Source of the DNA: Trypanosoma brucei
Lineage: Eukaryota
NCBI GenBank assembly: GCA_000002445.1
Contig: CP000071.1
Span: 2,144,001-2,208,000 of the forward strand
Direction: 5' to 3'
DNA: 64,000 nt
The notes beneath the pieces were generated by a model, which ran no database searches, was not told the DNA's origin, and saw only the letters and a list, made by a program, of their open reading frames with translations. Both the position numbers and the translations under genes were made by a program. Position 1 is the stretch's first letter. Each line of letters opens with the position of its first letter. Below are positions 11,500 to 21,846 of this stretch, in pieces.

Positions 11500-12460
11500 C
11501 TCGTTTTGACACCACCACCGGCATCTAGTCAAATACTTTATTGTTTATTTTTTTTTCACTCATTTTCTCGCTTTCATTTTCCTTTTCGGCACTAACGGCG
11601 TCGCAATGGTGGTCATTGGGATCCAAATGCACACAAACCACTGGTTCAACACAACATTTAACTTCCTTCTGGTGCGTCTGTTTGTTTCTAATATTTTGTT
11701 TGTCTGGGCGGGAAATCAGAAAAAGGGCAGTGTGTACTGTAAGTTGCGGCAATATCGTCGTCATTGCTGTCGTTTCCCCTTTTTACTTCTTCCTTAATTC
11801 AGCTGCAATGCTTTGACACGTTAATTAACCCCTCCTTCTCTTCGCTCCTTCATTCATTACCTTCTTCCGTTTATATGTGTATGTGGACATTTTTACTTTT
11901 CAACCTGATCGTTTTGGTTCAGCTTTTTTGTTGTTGTTGTTCCTGTTCTTTTTCCACCTTTTCTCAATTTTAATTTCGATATTGGCGGGGTCTACTTTTG
12001 CTCTTCTCCGTCGTCGGAAAAGTCGTGTTTAATCATTCAAATGCATGCACTGCACGCAATTCCTCTTGTTATCTGCTCGGCTTCAGATCTAGCGTTGGTT
12101 CAACGCCCCCTGTTCTATTGACCTTTTTTTTACTTATGCGTACCTCACACCTCCTTTTTCTTTTTTGTCTGTTAACTCTTCCCCCTCCTTTTTTTTCTAT
12201 TACCGCCTCCTTAACAAACGCAAATATTTATTTGGCTCGGTGTTGTTGTTGTTTTTGTTTGTTTGTTTGTTTCTTCGACGTCTCGTTTTGTGTGATTTGG
12301 TTTACAGATTCTTTTGTGCTTTCTTCTTTTTTTTTTTCAGCATACCTCCCGCTCCCCCTCATCTGTTGTTGTTGTTTTTACTACTTTTTGTTGTTCGGTT
12401 GATTAAATTATTATTTGGATTCCAATGGACTCCTCCGGTTCAAGTTACGCACGACAGGTG
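11500..12460. repeat. Long strand-biased pyrimidine-rich low-complexity tract (T/C-rich on + strand) inside a 3.1-kb ORF-poor spacer
   Basis: By eye, runs of poly-T, CTT, GTT and TTG dominate (ttgttgttgtttttgtttgtttgtttgtttc, ttttttttttcagc). Only short spurious ORFs, full of F/L/C/S codons, are present. This is typical of kinetoplastid UTR and intergenic sequence. Confidence 0.6.
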
Positions 12461-13328
12461 TTAGTGGAACCCGTGAATTGTCGCCCTCCTTTTCCACAAA
12501 TGCATCACCTTTTCTACTTTAACCAGTAACAATAAACAAAAAAGAAAAGATAACAATGATAATGATAATGAAATGGCTGTATGAATGAAAGGGAAAGGTA
12601 GAGGCAGAGGCAGAGACCTCTTAATAAATAAATGTTTATTTATTTATATGTATTTGTTCTGTTTTATTAGAAGGGAAATAAGCATTAGCCGTGAGGCAAA
12701 GAAAAATTATGCTAAAAAAGAAAGGCGAAGATCTTTTGTTAATCACCGTTGTGAACTGAGGGTAACGAATAAATGAATAAATGATGGGAAAGTCGGCACA
12801 TTTAGATAGAGGCGGAAATAAGTGAAGAAGGCAAACAAAGCAAATAGGTTTGCACTCCCTCAGCCCAGTCGTCATTAGCCATTGTGTAGTAAGCGGAGAG
12901 AGAATAAAGCATCAAAAAAATAAAAGAGAGAGGTGGCATTTCTCTTCCCCACCGTACCAGATGATCAGTGATTTGTCTTTCCCTCTTGTTATTTATTTTT
13001 TCCCCTGTTTGTCTCATTATTATCTTTATTGTTATTATCACTATTACTTGTTTTTTTTTTTCGGTGGCTTTGGTCTCCACTAGCACCCACTCGTCTTCTC
13101 TCTGTTTCGCTTGAGTTGCTGCTGTAATACCAACTCGCTCACAGCCACGGTCCCACCTTAAGGTTAGGCTAAATGAGACAGAACCATGAGGAGTGAATAG
13201 CTGTAAGCCGTTATCCTACAGCAAAATTAACACTGAGAAAAGGGGGGAGCTGAAAAGGTAGAAGTGCGTCACATATCAGTGGTAACTGTAACGGCGTATT
13301 AACAACTTTTTGTCCATCTTTTCTTCCC

Positions 13329-13403
13329 CACACACACACACACACACACTTGAATGTTGTACTTGAGGTGATTCCTCGCTATTTTGTCTCGCTCTCTCTC
13401 TCT
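13329..13403. repeat. Microsatellites: (CA)10 at 13329-13348 and (CT)6 at 13392-13403
   Basis: Seen directly: cacacacacacacacacaca and ctctctctctct, about 270 bp upstream of the 1445-aa gene. Confidence 0.8.
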
Positions 13404-13669
13404 GTCTTTATTGGCTGTGGCCTCCCCTGGAACGCGGACATAACACATTGGTTTCCAGGTCTAGGTGCACGTAACTAGACAAGTGCGCCCAAAAAAAGTT
13501 AAGGAGGGGAATAAACCCGACGCGCACACATACAAGCGCGGGTGGACACTCGAACCCGCAGTCTCACGTAGCAGACGTACAAAATTCCGGCTAGTTTGGT
13601 GGACTGTTACAACCGATTGAAAAGATATTCTCGGGAAGTAAACGGAAGTTTGGGGTTGGGATTTACTTC

Positions 13670-16600
13670 ATGGAAGCCTTCATCGAAGCGGCAAGGCAGG
13701 CCGTAACGGTAGCCGCAGTAGACTTCAGTCCCGTCCAACAGCTCGCTGAAGACGCAGCCAAGGGCGTTGCTGATGGTGAAGCACTAAGAGAAACCATCAC
13801 AACATTAGTCGACACGTACAGCGCAGCCGATAGCTCACAGGTGGTGCTGCAGTGCTCTCTGATGAAAGCTATCGGGAGTATTCTATGTGCCACAGCATCA
13901 AACGTTGGGGGCGGTAATTGCCAACTTGTGGTGGATGATTATATTCTTCTTGCGCTCTTTTTTAACGAGATATCAACGGTAGGTGACGTTCAGTTGTTTT
14001 CGCTTCTGACAGAAGCCGTGACAGCTCTCTTCCGGCAGACGGCTGCAGTGGCTTTTAAATCAGTTCTGCCGCCAAGCAGTAATGAGACCGAAGATTGCTC
14101 ATCCATCACATCGCTGCGTGGGGAACTGCAGTCCCTCCGGCTCGTTATGGCGAAGCGGCTCGTTGGTCCTTCTAACGCTTCCGAATTCGTAAGTAAACAA
14201 CATCAACGCCACGACACCGCCATGCAGCTGAAGGTGATAGATTGTCTGCGTGTCTTGCTTCTCTCGCTTCTGGAAGTATCCAATAGTGAGGACGCGACAT
14301 TAGCAGCGGTTAAGGAAATGCAGAAAGACGGAACAGGCAATGAAGCTGCCCTGCAGGCGGCGCGCCAGGTCGTTGAAGGGTTGCTTTTGCCCCTTTCCAC
14401 TGCAGTGGACGCCCTCCGTCCTCATGTGACCAATAACAGCAGTGGCAAGGGAAGGTTGTTGGTTACACCGCAACCAAATGGTGCACATGGCACGGCCGTT
14501 TCGCCACTAGTGCTGGTAAGCACTTTTCGTGTAGTAGAGGAGCTACTGTGGCATTGTGCTGGACGCGGAACCGATGACTCGATTGCTGTCGTTGGGCGTT
14601 TCGCAGCGAACCGCTTGCTGACGGCCGTACAGCAATATTTAGTGCTCCAACAACAAAAATCTGTAGAGTCCACAGGAACCGAATCACAGGAAAAACCGGC
14701 GGCAGCGTTTGATGTGCTTCGCGCCGCTGGACCTCAGCGCGCTATTCGCCGGCTGCTTTCAGTGGTCCACCGGCAACTGCCTGTGTTCCCCTCGATTGAA
14801 AGTGCGGTGACAGCGGCCATTGGTGTCTTTGGTGGGCAATTGGATGTTGACGACCCACTCAAACTTACGAATTTGCAACAAGACGGAGTCGGTGCTGAGA
14901 ATCGTTGTAATAATGCAACCGACGTTAGCGGCGATAACCGCATTTGTGCTGCTAAATGGGAAGAGGCACCGTCCTCGTCAGCAACCTCGCGGCTGCGTGA
15001 GTGTGAGCAGATATTACCTGCGCCCAGCAGTGATGCAGTAGTTAATGAAGGCGCAGCGGCTGACTTTGATGACCCAACGCTTATGGAAGATGGTGCCGAT
15101 GGAGGGCCACGGGAGACGCTCCTTAAGAGTACTGTCGGGCCCCTCCCGGCGAACGCTCTCGTAGAGATGGTGTTCTTGAGTATCTCACGCCTCGACATTA
15201 TGAATGAGCAGGGAATTCAGTTGCTGCACATGCAGGGACTTCAACAGCAACAGTATGAAGCAGTACGACGAGCACAAAGGGCAGAACTACAGCGACTTCG
15301 TCGTATTGAACAGCAGGGTGTGGAAAATATTCCCGTCGGCAGGTTGTTGGAGCACTTGAAGGAAAGCACGGCAATGTACGCAGCTGGTGCACAACTGCTC
15401 AGCAATGAGTCCGGTCTTGCCACAATGCAGCGCGCCGCTCTTTTCTCGTTACTTGACGCATACGATCTGTTGGTGGATGCGCAAGAGGGTCGTGTGCGAG
15501 AGGCCCAAGCACTCATTGCCCGTACAATCGCTCAGATGCCCTCGTCGATGATGGATTCTGCGTTAGATGCCGTCTGCGCCCGCTTGAAAAAAGAACTGGC
15601 TGCGGCGAGTAGTTTTCAGAAGACGAGAGGAGGGAGCCCAGTAGCGAAGGTTCCACCACTTACATCGGCGTACCAGCTGGCCCTTCAGGTACTCTTCATG
15701 CTATACTCAGCACAGGCACCGGTGCATGAACATGACGGCAAGGCGCTGATGTTTGCGGTTTCCCCCTCTTCTGCCTTTGCTAACATGGGGGGTGAGATGC
15801 AGCTACAGTCACGTGCAGTTCTCACTATTGATACGGAAAACCCAGTTGACTGGCTGCAGGCACCGGATATGCAGAGTTCGCTAACTGACCGCAAGCGGCC
15901 ACGTGACGATGGTAGCTCGTTTGGCGGAAACGATCTCGACTCTTTCCACCGTGAACGCGTAAGTGGTAGTGAAGAGGCACAGTCGGCAACGGATGGTCCT
16001 TCGCGCTTCTTCCGTGAGGACTCTATACAAAACCCTTGTGTGTATAGCCACTTTCTCTGCCGCATGATGGAGGTGCTGACGGAAGGCGAGATGCCAGTGT
16101 TGCTTCTCGACTTGCTGTTGCAGTGCCCTCGCATTACTCGCTATGTTTGGCACTGTCTGCACAAACACTATTGTCTTTCGCCGGAAAAGGCACGTTGCCT
16201 GCTGGGAATGTGGCTCCTAAAAAGTGTCGCCGCGCGCCGCGCAGTTTGTCGACGCTACGCCCTAAACAGCCTTCTCTACATGACTACATCGAGGAGTGAG
16301 TATCCACGTCGCCTCGCAGTGAAACAATTAGGTGCTTTACTGGCCTCATCCGTCGGGCTGGACGGCCGGCGCGTGATTGACGATAATGTGGAGACCCTTC
16401 TTGTGCGGCACGCCAAGCGGCAAATAGCCGCCATACCAGTCACTAGGCTCCCAACAGCAGTTACGTCTTCAGGGAGTGCTGTGGCGAAACAGGAAGAAGG
16501 AGAAACGACCATGACGGGAGGTGATGCGGCGGAAACTCGAGCGAAGGAGTTACAGAAGCTGACCGAAGCACTGGACCGCCATCTTGGGCCATTCCTTATG

Positions 16601-18007
16601 TTGTGTGCCCGGCAACCGCGTGAGCTCATTCCAGCACTTCTTGACGTGTTTAAAGAGTGCGTCGAACGGCAAAACACCGCCATGGTCCAATTGCTTGCTG
16701 ATCATGTAGACGTGCGCCGCATGTGTCAGCGGCTCTTTCAAACGGACGCCCTCTCCTTCATGTCGAATGTGATGCCGTATCTCCGTCGGTACAGCAACAG
16801 TGCCACGATGCTTGTTCAGAGGATATTGTGGGCGGTTAGTGCTGAGCTACGGTCGATGGGGAAAGGTGGTGAGGTATCAGCAGCGGATCTGGAGGGAATA
16901 GCCGCAGCTCTGCTCGGCCACGCACGTGTGATGTATGAAAATAGCGAAATACCTTTCGTATATCACAGTGCTCTCGCGAGCAACGGTGAGCCCGCTGACG
17001 TGGTAAGCGTGCAGGAATCGCCTGCGTCCCTTCACGACGTGCGGTTTATTGCCCCTTTTATGAGTCTCATTCCGATGGAGGAGCTTAAGAGGACTTACCT
17101 CCGTTCGTTTCTGCACTTTGTGGAACAACAGCTCCAGCAACGGGCCGAGGAAACAATGGACAATGACACAGCACCAGAGTCGATGCGCATGAGCGAGGAG
17201 GAAATGTCTCAGCTCATTCGCGATGTTGCACAAGAAGTCCTTGTCCGCTCACCAGTGCAGTTTAGTGACGGCTCCCCACGCGGGGTTTCGCGTGTGGATC
17301 TTCTTGTTTATTTGCATCACGCTACACGTGGAGTACGCGATGGGGATGCATATCAAAGCAAAGCTCATCAATCCTCTCCCCACTCAACTGTTGTGGAGAC
17401 ACCAATGAGGACTCATGCAGAAACACGTGGCATTCTCAGTTCCTCCGGCCCCCAGTCTCCTGATGGCAGTGTGGTTGGTAACAACGCAAAAGCAAGGACA
17501 GCGGAAGGCGAAACCTCGCTCATCGCTGAGAATCTTCCCCTCAGTGCCCTCACAACGAAAGAGGTGATTTGTGTGCTGCTAAAACTGCGGCGGACCTTCG
17601 ACGAGAGCACGACCGAATACCTCTACGGACCAGCAGAAATCAAAGGGGCAGTGCGACAGTTAATGAAGAACACTGGAGCTACAAAAGTTCCCTCACAGTT
17701 GATGGCAACACTGATTTTCGCCTGCGGTCTCCACCCACCACGCGCGGCCGTGGACCTCGTTCGATTTGTCCATCAGGAGGTCTTACTTCCACTAGCGAAG
17801 GACGGAACATGGGAAAAGGATGTTCAGCTGTGGCGCGGTGTCCTCCTCTTCGCAGAGATGCACTACCGTGAGTGCAGCAGCTTCCTCGTAAACCTGCCAG
17901 ATCAGGTCCTCATCGAAGCACTCCGCGTCCGCCCACAACTGTGTGAATACTTTAGAGAGGAACATGGAAACAACGCATACTTTGGTCATATTCTCGGTAG
18001 TCTATAA
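13670..18007 (+). CDS. Large conserved hypothetical protein (1445 aa), probably alpha-helical/HEAT-like; function unknown
   Basis: An uninterrupted 4.3-kb + strand ORF with unbiased amino-acid composition, and no competing long ORFs in other frames. I do not recognise a diagnostic motif. Confidence 0.6.
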   Translation: MEAFIEAARQAVTVAAVDFSPVQQLAEDAAKGVADGEALRETITTLVDTYSAADSSQVVLQCSLMKAIGSILCATASNVGGGNCQLVVDDYILLALFFNEISTVGDVQLFSLLTEAVTALFRQTAAVAFKSVLPPSSNETEDCSSITSLRGELQSLRLVMAKRLVGPSNASEFVSKQHQRHDTAMQLKVIDCLRVLLLSLLEVSNSEDATLAAVKEMQKDGTGNEAALQAARQVVEGLLLPLSTAVDALRPHVTNNSSGKGRLLVTPQPNGAHGTAVSPLVLVSTFRVVEELLWHCAGRGTDDSIAVVGRFAANRLLTAVQQYLVLQQQKSVESTGTESQEKPAAAFDVLRAAGPQRAIRRLLSVVHRQLPVFPSIESAVTAAIGVFGGQLDVDDPLKLTNLQQDGVGAENRCNNATDVSGDNRICAAKWEEAPSSSATSRLRECEQILPAPSSDAVVNEGAAADFDDPTLMEDGADGGPRETLLKSTVGPLPANALVEMVFLSISRLDIMNEQGIQLLHMQGLQQQQYEAVRRAQRAELQRLRRIEQQGVENIPVGRLLEHLKESTAMYAAGAQLLSNESGLATMQRAALFSLLDAYDLLVDAQEGRVREAQALIARTIAQMPSSMMDSALDAVCARLKKELAAASSFQKTRGGSPVAKVPPLTSAYQLALQVLFMLYSAQAPVHEHDGKALMFAVSPSSAFANMGGEMQLQSRAVLTIDTENPVDWLQAPDMQSSLTDRKRPRDDGSSFGGNDLDSFHRERVSGSEEAQSATDGPSRFFREDSIQNPCVYSHFLCRMMEVLTEGEMPVLLLDLLLQCPRITRYVWHCLHKHYCLSPEKARCLLGMWLLKSVAARRAVCRRYALNSLLYMTTSRSEYPRRLAVKQLGALLASSVGLDGRRVIDDNVETLLVRHAKRQIAAIPVTRLPTAVTSSGSAVAKQEEGETTMTGGDAAETRAKELQKLTEALDRHLGPFLMLCARQPRELIPALLDVFKECVERQNTAMVQLLADHVDVRRMCQRLFQTDALSFMSNVMPYLRRYSNSATMLVQRILWAVSAELRSMGKGGEVSAADLEGIAAALLGHARVMYENSEIPFVYHSALASNGEPADVVSVQESPASLHDVRFIAPFMSLIPMEELKRTYLRSFLHFVEQQLQQRAEETMDNDTAPESMRMSEEEMSQLIRDVAQEVLVRSPVQFSDGSPRGVSRVDLLVYLHHATRGVRDGDAYQSKAHQSSPHSTVVETPMRTHAETRGILSSSGPQSPDGSVVGNNAKARTAEGETSLIAENLPLSALTTKEVICVLLKLRRTFDESTTEYLYGPAEIKGAVRQLMKNTGATKVPSQLMATLIFACGLHPPRAAVDLVRFVHQEVLLPLAKDGTWEKDVQLWRGVLLFAEMHYRECSSFLVNLPDQVLIEALRVRPQLCEYFREEHGNNAYFGHILGSL

Positions 18008-18509
18008 TTGTAGCACAATGTGGTAAGCGGATGGGCGAACGTATCTGCTCACGTGCGTGTAGGAGGTAACTGACGTGGTGGAAGCCGATGAGAAAGTAGG
18101 GCGGCGGAGAGCCTCATGCACCTGCACGGCAGAGCCACCAACTTGTTTGCTAAAGTTTTCGTCATTCTCCGTTACTGATTTGTGACTTTTTGCATGAGTC
18201 TGCTCATGTGGTCTACCCACAGATTGCCTCATGAGGTTGAAGAATAATGACGCGTCTTGCCTCCACCTTTAATGGACATCACTACCACTGAGTTGGCAGT
18301 CCTTTGGCCACGTCTAAACTTTTGTGTGCTGGTGGCGCGTCGGTGATGCAATATCTTCGATGGTTCCCAACTTGCTCAACGGGGCAAAGAGTTTTTGAAC
18401 CTCTGTTTCTATCTTCTTTGAACATGATATTTCCCCCCCCCCCCTTGTCCATTTACACGAACATAGGCACAAAGGAGCTTCACCCATCGATTCTTCACCG
18501 TCAAGGAGT

Positions 18510-19178
18510 TTGAACCACGTTGCGTCGCACAATCCCAACGCCCCGAAGTACGTGTCGATGGAGAGAGTGGGTGTGGCCATGTTGTTGTTCATTCTTTTTG
18601 TAGTTATCCTAACTTGCATCGTTTTTATCATCTTCGTATGCCTTATTCGTAACAACCACATTGTATTAAGGCTTTTTACAAACGGGCATAGGCCCCCTGA
18701 CGCGCTGCCGCCACCTGCTGTGTTGTGTGAGACCAGGCGACTTCGGGCGCTTGGGGGAGGAGTGAACGGAGCGGTTTTGATAGGGGATGAAAACAGGCAG
18801 TTGCTTAGCACCCTGGACATTCCACTCACCCCGGTGCCTTCCCTATGCGAAGACTGTAAGGAACTGTGCCGTAGTAGCTCTAACTGTTCTACGTTAGATA
18901 TTGCCAACAACGACGGATGCCTCGCAACTCGCGAGTGCGCGAAGGAGAGTGCCGTGTTGGGTGCCCATGACTACGGCAAATGCCAACTGGGTTACTCCAA
19001 AAGGGTTCGCGACCTGTCAACTGATCGTGTGTTTGAGCTGTACGTTAGCCGGCAGCTTTTGATTGCTTGCAGCACCGTCGTGCATATGGGTTCGGGTGAG
19101 GAGACAAGCAGAGTACATTACAGTGCGGTGGGAGGGGAACTGCCCACGAACGCTTCTGCGTGGATGTCTATCGATTGA
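18510..19178 (+). CDS. Small hypothetical protein with N-terminal TM/signal-anchor and Cys-rich region
   Basis: A 222-aa ORF co-oriented with its neighbours. Hydrophobic stretch VAMLLFILFVVILTCIVFIIFVCLI, then a Cys-rich segment (CEDCKELCRSSSNCS...DGCLATRECAKES). A 198-aa ORF overlaps on the opposite strand, so the coding status of either is uncertain. Confidence 0.25.
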   Translation: MNHVASHNPNAPKYVSMERVGVAMLLFILFVVILTCIVFIIFVCLIRNNHIVLRLFTNGHRPPDALPPPAVLCETRRLRALGGGVNGAVLIGDENRQLLSTLDIPLTPVPSLCEDCKELCRSSSNCSTLDIANNDGCLATRECAKESAVLGAHDYGKCQLGYSKRVRDLSTDRVFELYVSRQLLIACSTVVHMGSGEETSRVHYSAVGGELPTNASAWMSID

Positions 19179-19860
19179 CGGTTACAGATCGGAACCAACG
19201 GGCGATAGAAACGTCGAGTATGCTGTATTTTCACTTGATGTTCCCCTCTTCCATTAGTTTGAATAAACGGGAGACGAAAGAGAAACACAGAGCGCAAAGG
19301 GTCCTTTACCAACTACCCGAAGGTGGCATTGTTCTCTGAATAAGAGGGTGAATATGCACGTCATCGAGGTTGGATAAGGCAAAGACATAGCGTGGTATTG
19401 CTCAATTTACGCAAGTCATTCCGTCCGAGTAGGGAGTTAAAGGAGAGGAAAGAAAGGGGGTTTGTCTGCCCCCTCAGTGGCAGGTTTCCAACTCGGGACC
19501 ATCAACACCCCCAGCAAGGTCAATCACGCGTTTGGCTCGTTCCTACGAAGGGAAAGAGCATACGTTTCTGTCGTTTTCACTATCTTGATTTGCTCAAGGT
19601 ATTGGTCAGTTTACCTTGATTTTCCGCTATTTTTATCGCTATGATTATTCATATTTGGCATTCTTTGCTATTTATCGCCGCTAACGTTTATGCTCTTTGC
19701 TTCGTGAATAACAACACCCTAACTCTAACCCCTTCATCCAATAGATGGCCCAAACACCTTTACTAACCCTACTTCCTTTGTTGTTTTCATCGCTTGATGG
19801 AGAAGGTGGTTTCTGTCCGCAGAAGACGCTACGCCTGTCGACGCAAAGCCGCTCTCCATA

Positions 19861-19990
19861 TTATAATTTTTTTTACTTGTTCGTTAACGCTCGTTTTGTT
19901 AACATTTCCTTCGCCGTTATTAACGGTGCGCGTTCTTTTGTCTTAACTTTCCTTCTGCTACCAGTGTCGACATGTCGGCCAGTCGCCCTT
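19861..19990 (+). promoter_or_regulatory. Polypyrimidine-rich tract upstream of the HAD phosphatase gene (candidate trans-splice acceptor/polyadenylation-coupling region)
   Basis: T/C-rich sequence (ttttttttacttgttcgttaacgctcgttttgttaacatttccttcgccg...ctttccttctgctacc) about 120-250 nt upstream of the ATG at 20109. The function is inferred from kinetoplastid mRNA-processing rules, not demonstrated. Confidence 0.3.
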
Positions 19991-20108
19991 GGGGTTGTAT
20001 TGTTGTGCAGCGCACGCTTCTGTAGGCATTCCCGTTTTCCTCCGTCTGCATCCCGCCATCTCTGTTTAAATCACCAACATCTAGTAGCTAGAACCGGATA
20101 TTTGAAGG

Positions 20109-21278
20109 ATGGCTAGCGTGTCATCAGGAGTTCCCCTCACCGCCCCGTCAGCGCAAAAACTATTGCAGTCTGTGAAGTACATCCTTCTCGACGTGGATGG
20201 CGTAGTGTGGTCGGGGCCGCGTGTGCTTCCCAACATTCCGCAGACATTGCAGTATTTGCGCTCACTTGGGAAGGAGATCCGCTTCCTCACGAACAACGCC
20301 TCCGTGTCGCGCAGCAGTCTCGCGCAGTTGTTTAGGCAGCGCGGCATTGAGGGCGTTAAAGAGAGTGAAGTGTACAACAGTGGCTATGCTGCCGCCCTGA
20401 GGCTGCGCCGCATTTGTGGCGCTGCAGAGGGTAATCAGGAGCGGCAAGAGGGGAACGAACCAACTAGCGATAAGAGGCTGGTGAGGGGAAATGTATTTGT
20501 TATCGGCGAGGAGGGTCTTCATGAGGAGCTGCAGCGTGTTCTTGCGCCAGGGTACATTACGTATGGGATGGAGTTACACGATGCAGAGAAGGTAGGTGGT
20601 TACAACAGCGCAAATGCAGCCACCGCGTGGAAGGAGCGCATTCTTCCGGCTCCGCTACGTCAACTGAAACCCCCTGATGGTATCACCGACTACGGAAGGG
20701 GCATTTCACTGACAGACCTCTCACCGGTGGCTGTAGTGGTAGGACTTGACCTGCATTTTAACATGCTTAAATTGGCCTATGCTTCACTCTGCCTCCATCG
20801 AGGGGCTGGCAGTAACACTGACAGTGAGGGAGATCGTATTGGAGGAGACCGTGACCGCACGCCGGATAAAGGACTTCAGAAACCTGTTTGCTTCATCGCA
20901 ACAAATGAAGACCCCCAAATACCCATTGGCGAAGAGGGACTCCTCCTTCCTGGGGCAGGTGGAATGGTTTCCGCACTGCGCACCGTATCAGGTCGGAACC
21001 CTGACGCCGTGTGCGGAAAACCGCACGTTGACATGGCGCGGATAATGTTTGAGGCAGAGGGCATCACCGATGCGCGTCAGTGCCTGATGGTGGGTGACCG
21101 CCTGACAACTGACATTGCCTTTGGTAACGCCGCTGGTTGCCGCACGCTATTTGTCCTCAGTGGCGCAGAGTCCATGGCGGACATTGCGAGGGCAAAGAGC
21201 ACCGGGGATTCGCAGCTCCTTCCTGAGTTCGTTGCGCCTTCGTTAGCCTCCTTGATGCCTGATGCACGTGACGACTAA
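20109..21278 (+). CDS. HAD-superfamily subfamily IIA phosphatase (p-nitrophenylphosphatase / phosphoglycolate phosphatase-like)
   Basis: HAD motif I ILLDVDGVVWSG (DxDG). Motif II FLTNNAS. A C-terminal motif IV MVGDRLTTDIAFGNAAGCRTLFVLSG, typical of PGP/PNPPase/CUT family IIA enzymes. Two apparent low-complexity insertions (EGNQERQEGNEPTSDKR; GAGSNTDSEGDRIGGDRDRTPDKG). Confidence 0.8.
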   Translation: MASVSSGVPLTAPSAQKLLQSVKYILLDVDGVVWSGPRVLPNIPQTLQYLRSLGKEIRFLTNNASVSRSSLAQLFRQRGIEGVKESEVYNSGYAAALRLRRICGAAEGNQERQEGNEPTSDKRLVRGNVFVIGEEGLHEELQRVLAPGYITYGMELHDAEKVGGYNSANAATAWKERILPAPLRQLKPPDGITDYGRGISLTDLSPVAVVVGLDLHFNMLKLAYASLCLHRGAGSNTDSEGDRIGGDRDRTPDKGLQKPVCFIATNEDPQIPIGEEGLLLPGAGGMVSALRTVSGRNPDAVCGKPHVDMARIMFEAEGITDARQCLMVGDRLTTDIAFGNAAGCRTLFVLSGAESMADIARAKSTGDSQLLPEFVAPSLASLMPDARDD

Positions 21279-21846
21279 CACAGGCCATGTGTGCATGGAG
21301 CGGCTATGAGCCGGATTACGCCGCTGTGCAAACCGTGTTGGGGAGAACGGTGTGTCCCTTGGAGCCTTGTCTTTCGTGTGTGATCATTGCATGGAAACGG
21401 TGATCAGTCCTGCAATTATCTGCTAGGGGTCAACAATATATGTGCTGCACAAATAACTGTGAGCAACGGAACAGAAATCGGCGTCACCGAGCTCAACGCT
21501 CCACAGAAAATGGTGAACCCCAAGCCAGTGTTTAACTCAAAAGCCCAGAACTGATGCGTAAAGGCAACGGGGTGGAAAAGATACAAAGGGAAATGGCCCT
21601 ACCTACCCCTTGATACAAAGCGATTGATCTACTGTTAACGGTTGCAACCTTTTCTTAACTCAAACCACGCCACTACGGTGACGCGTGCGCACATGTCGTA
21701 CTGCCGAAATATACGTGTTTCCCAAAAGTTTGTTATTAAACACGTCTGTTATTTTTTCCCCTTCCGTACATCGCTAATTTCGTTGACCGGCGGGAATGTA
21801 GCGCAAGTACCGCTCAACCAGTCTGTGTTCCTGCCGCGGTGGGGGA

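Noticed and set aside
18314-18910. 198-aa minus-strand ORF opposite the small + strand hypothetical gene
   Set aside because: It would be the only minus-strand gene in a 64-kb co-directional cluster, and it has no recognisable features. Kept only as a caveat on the + strand call.
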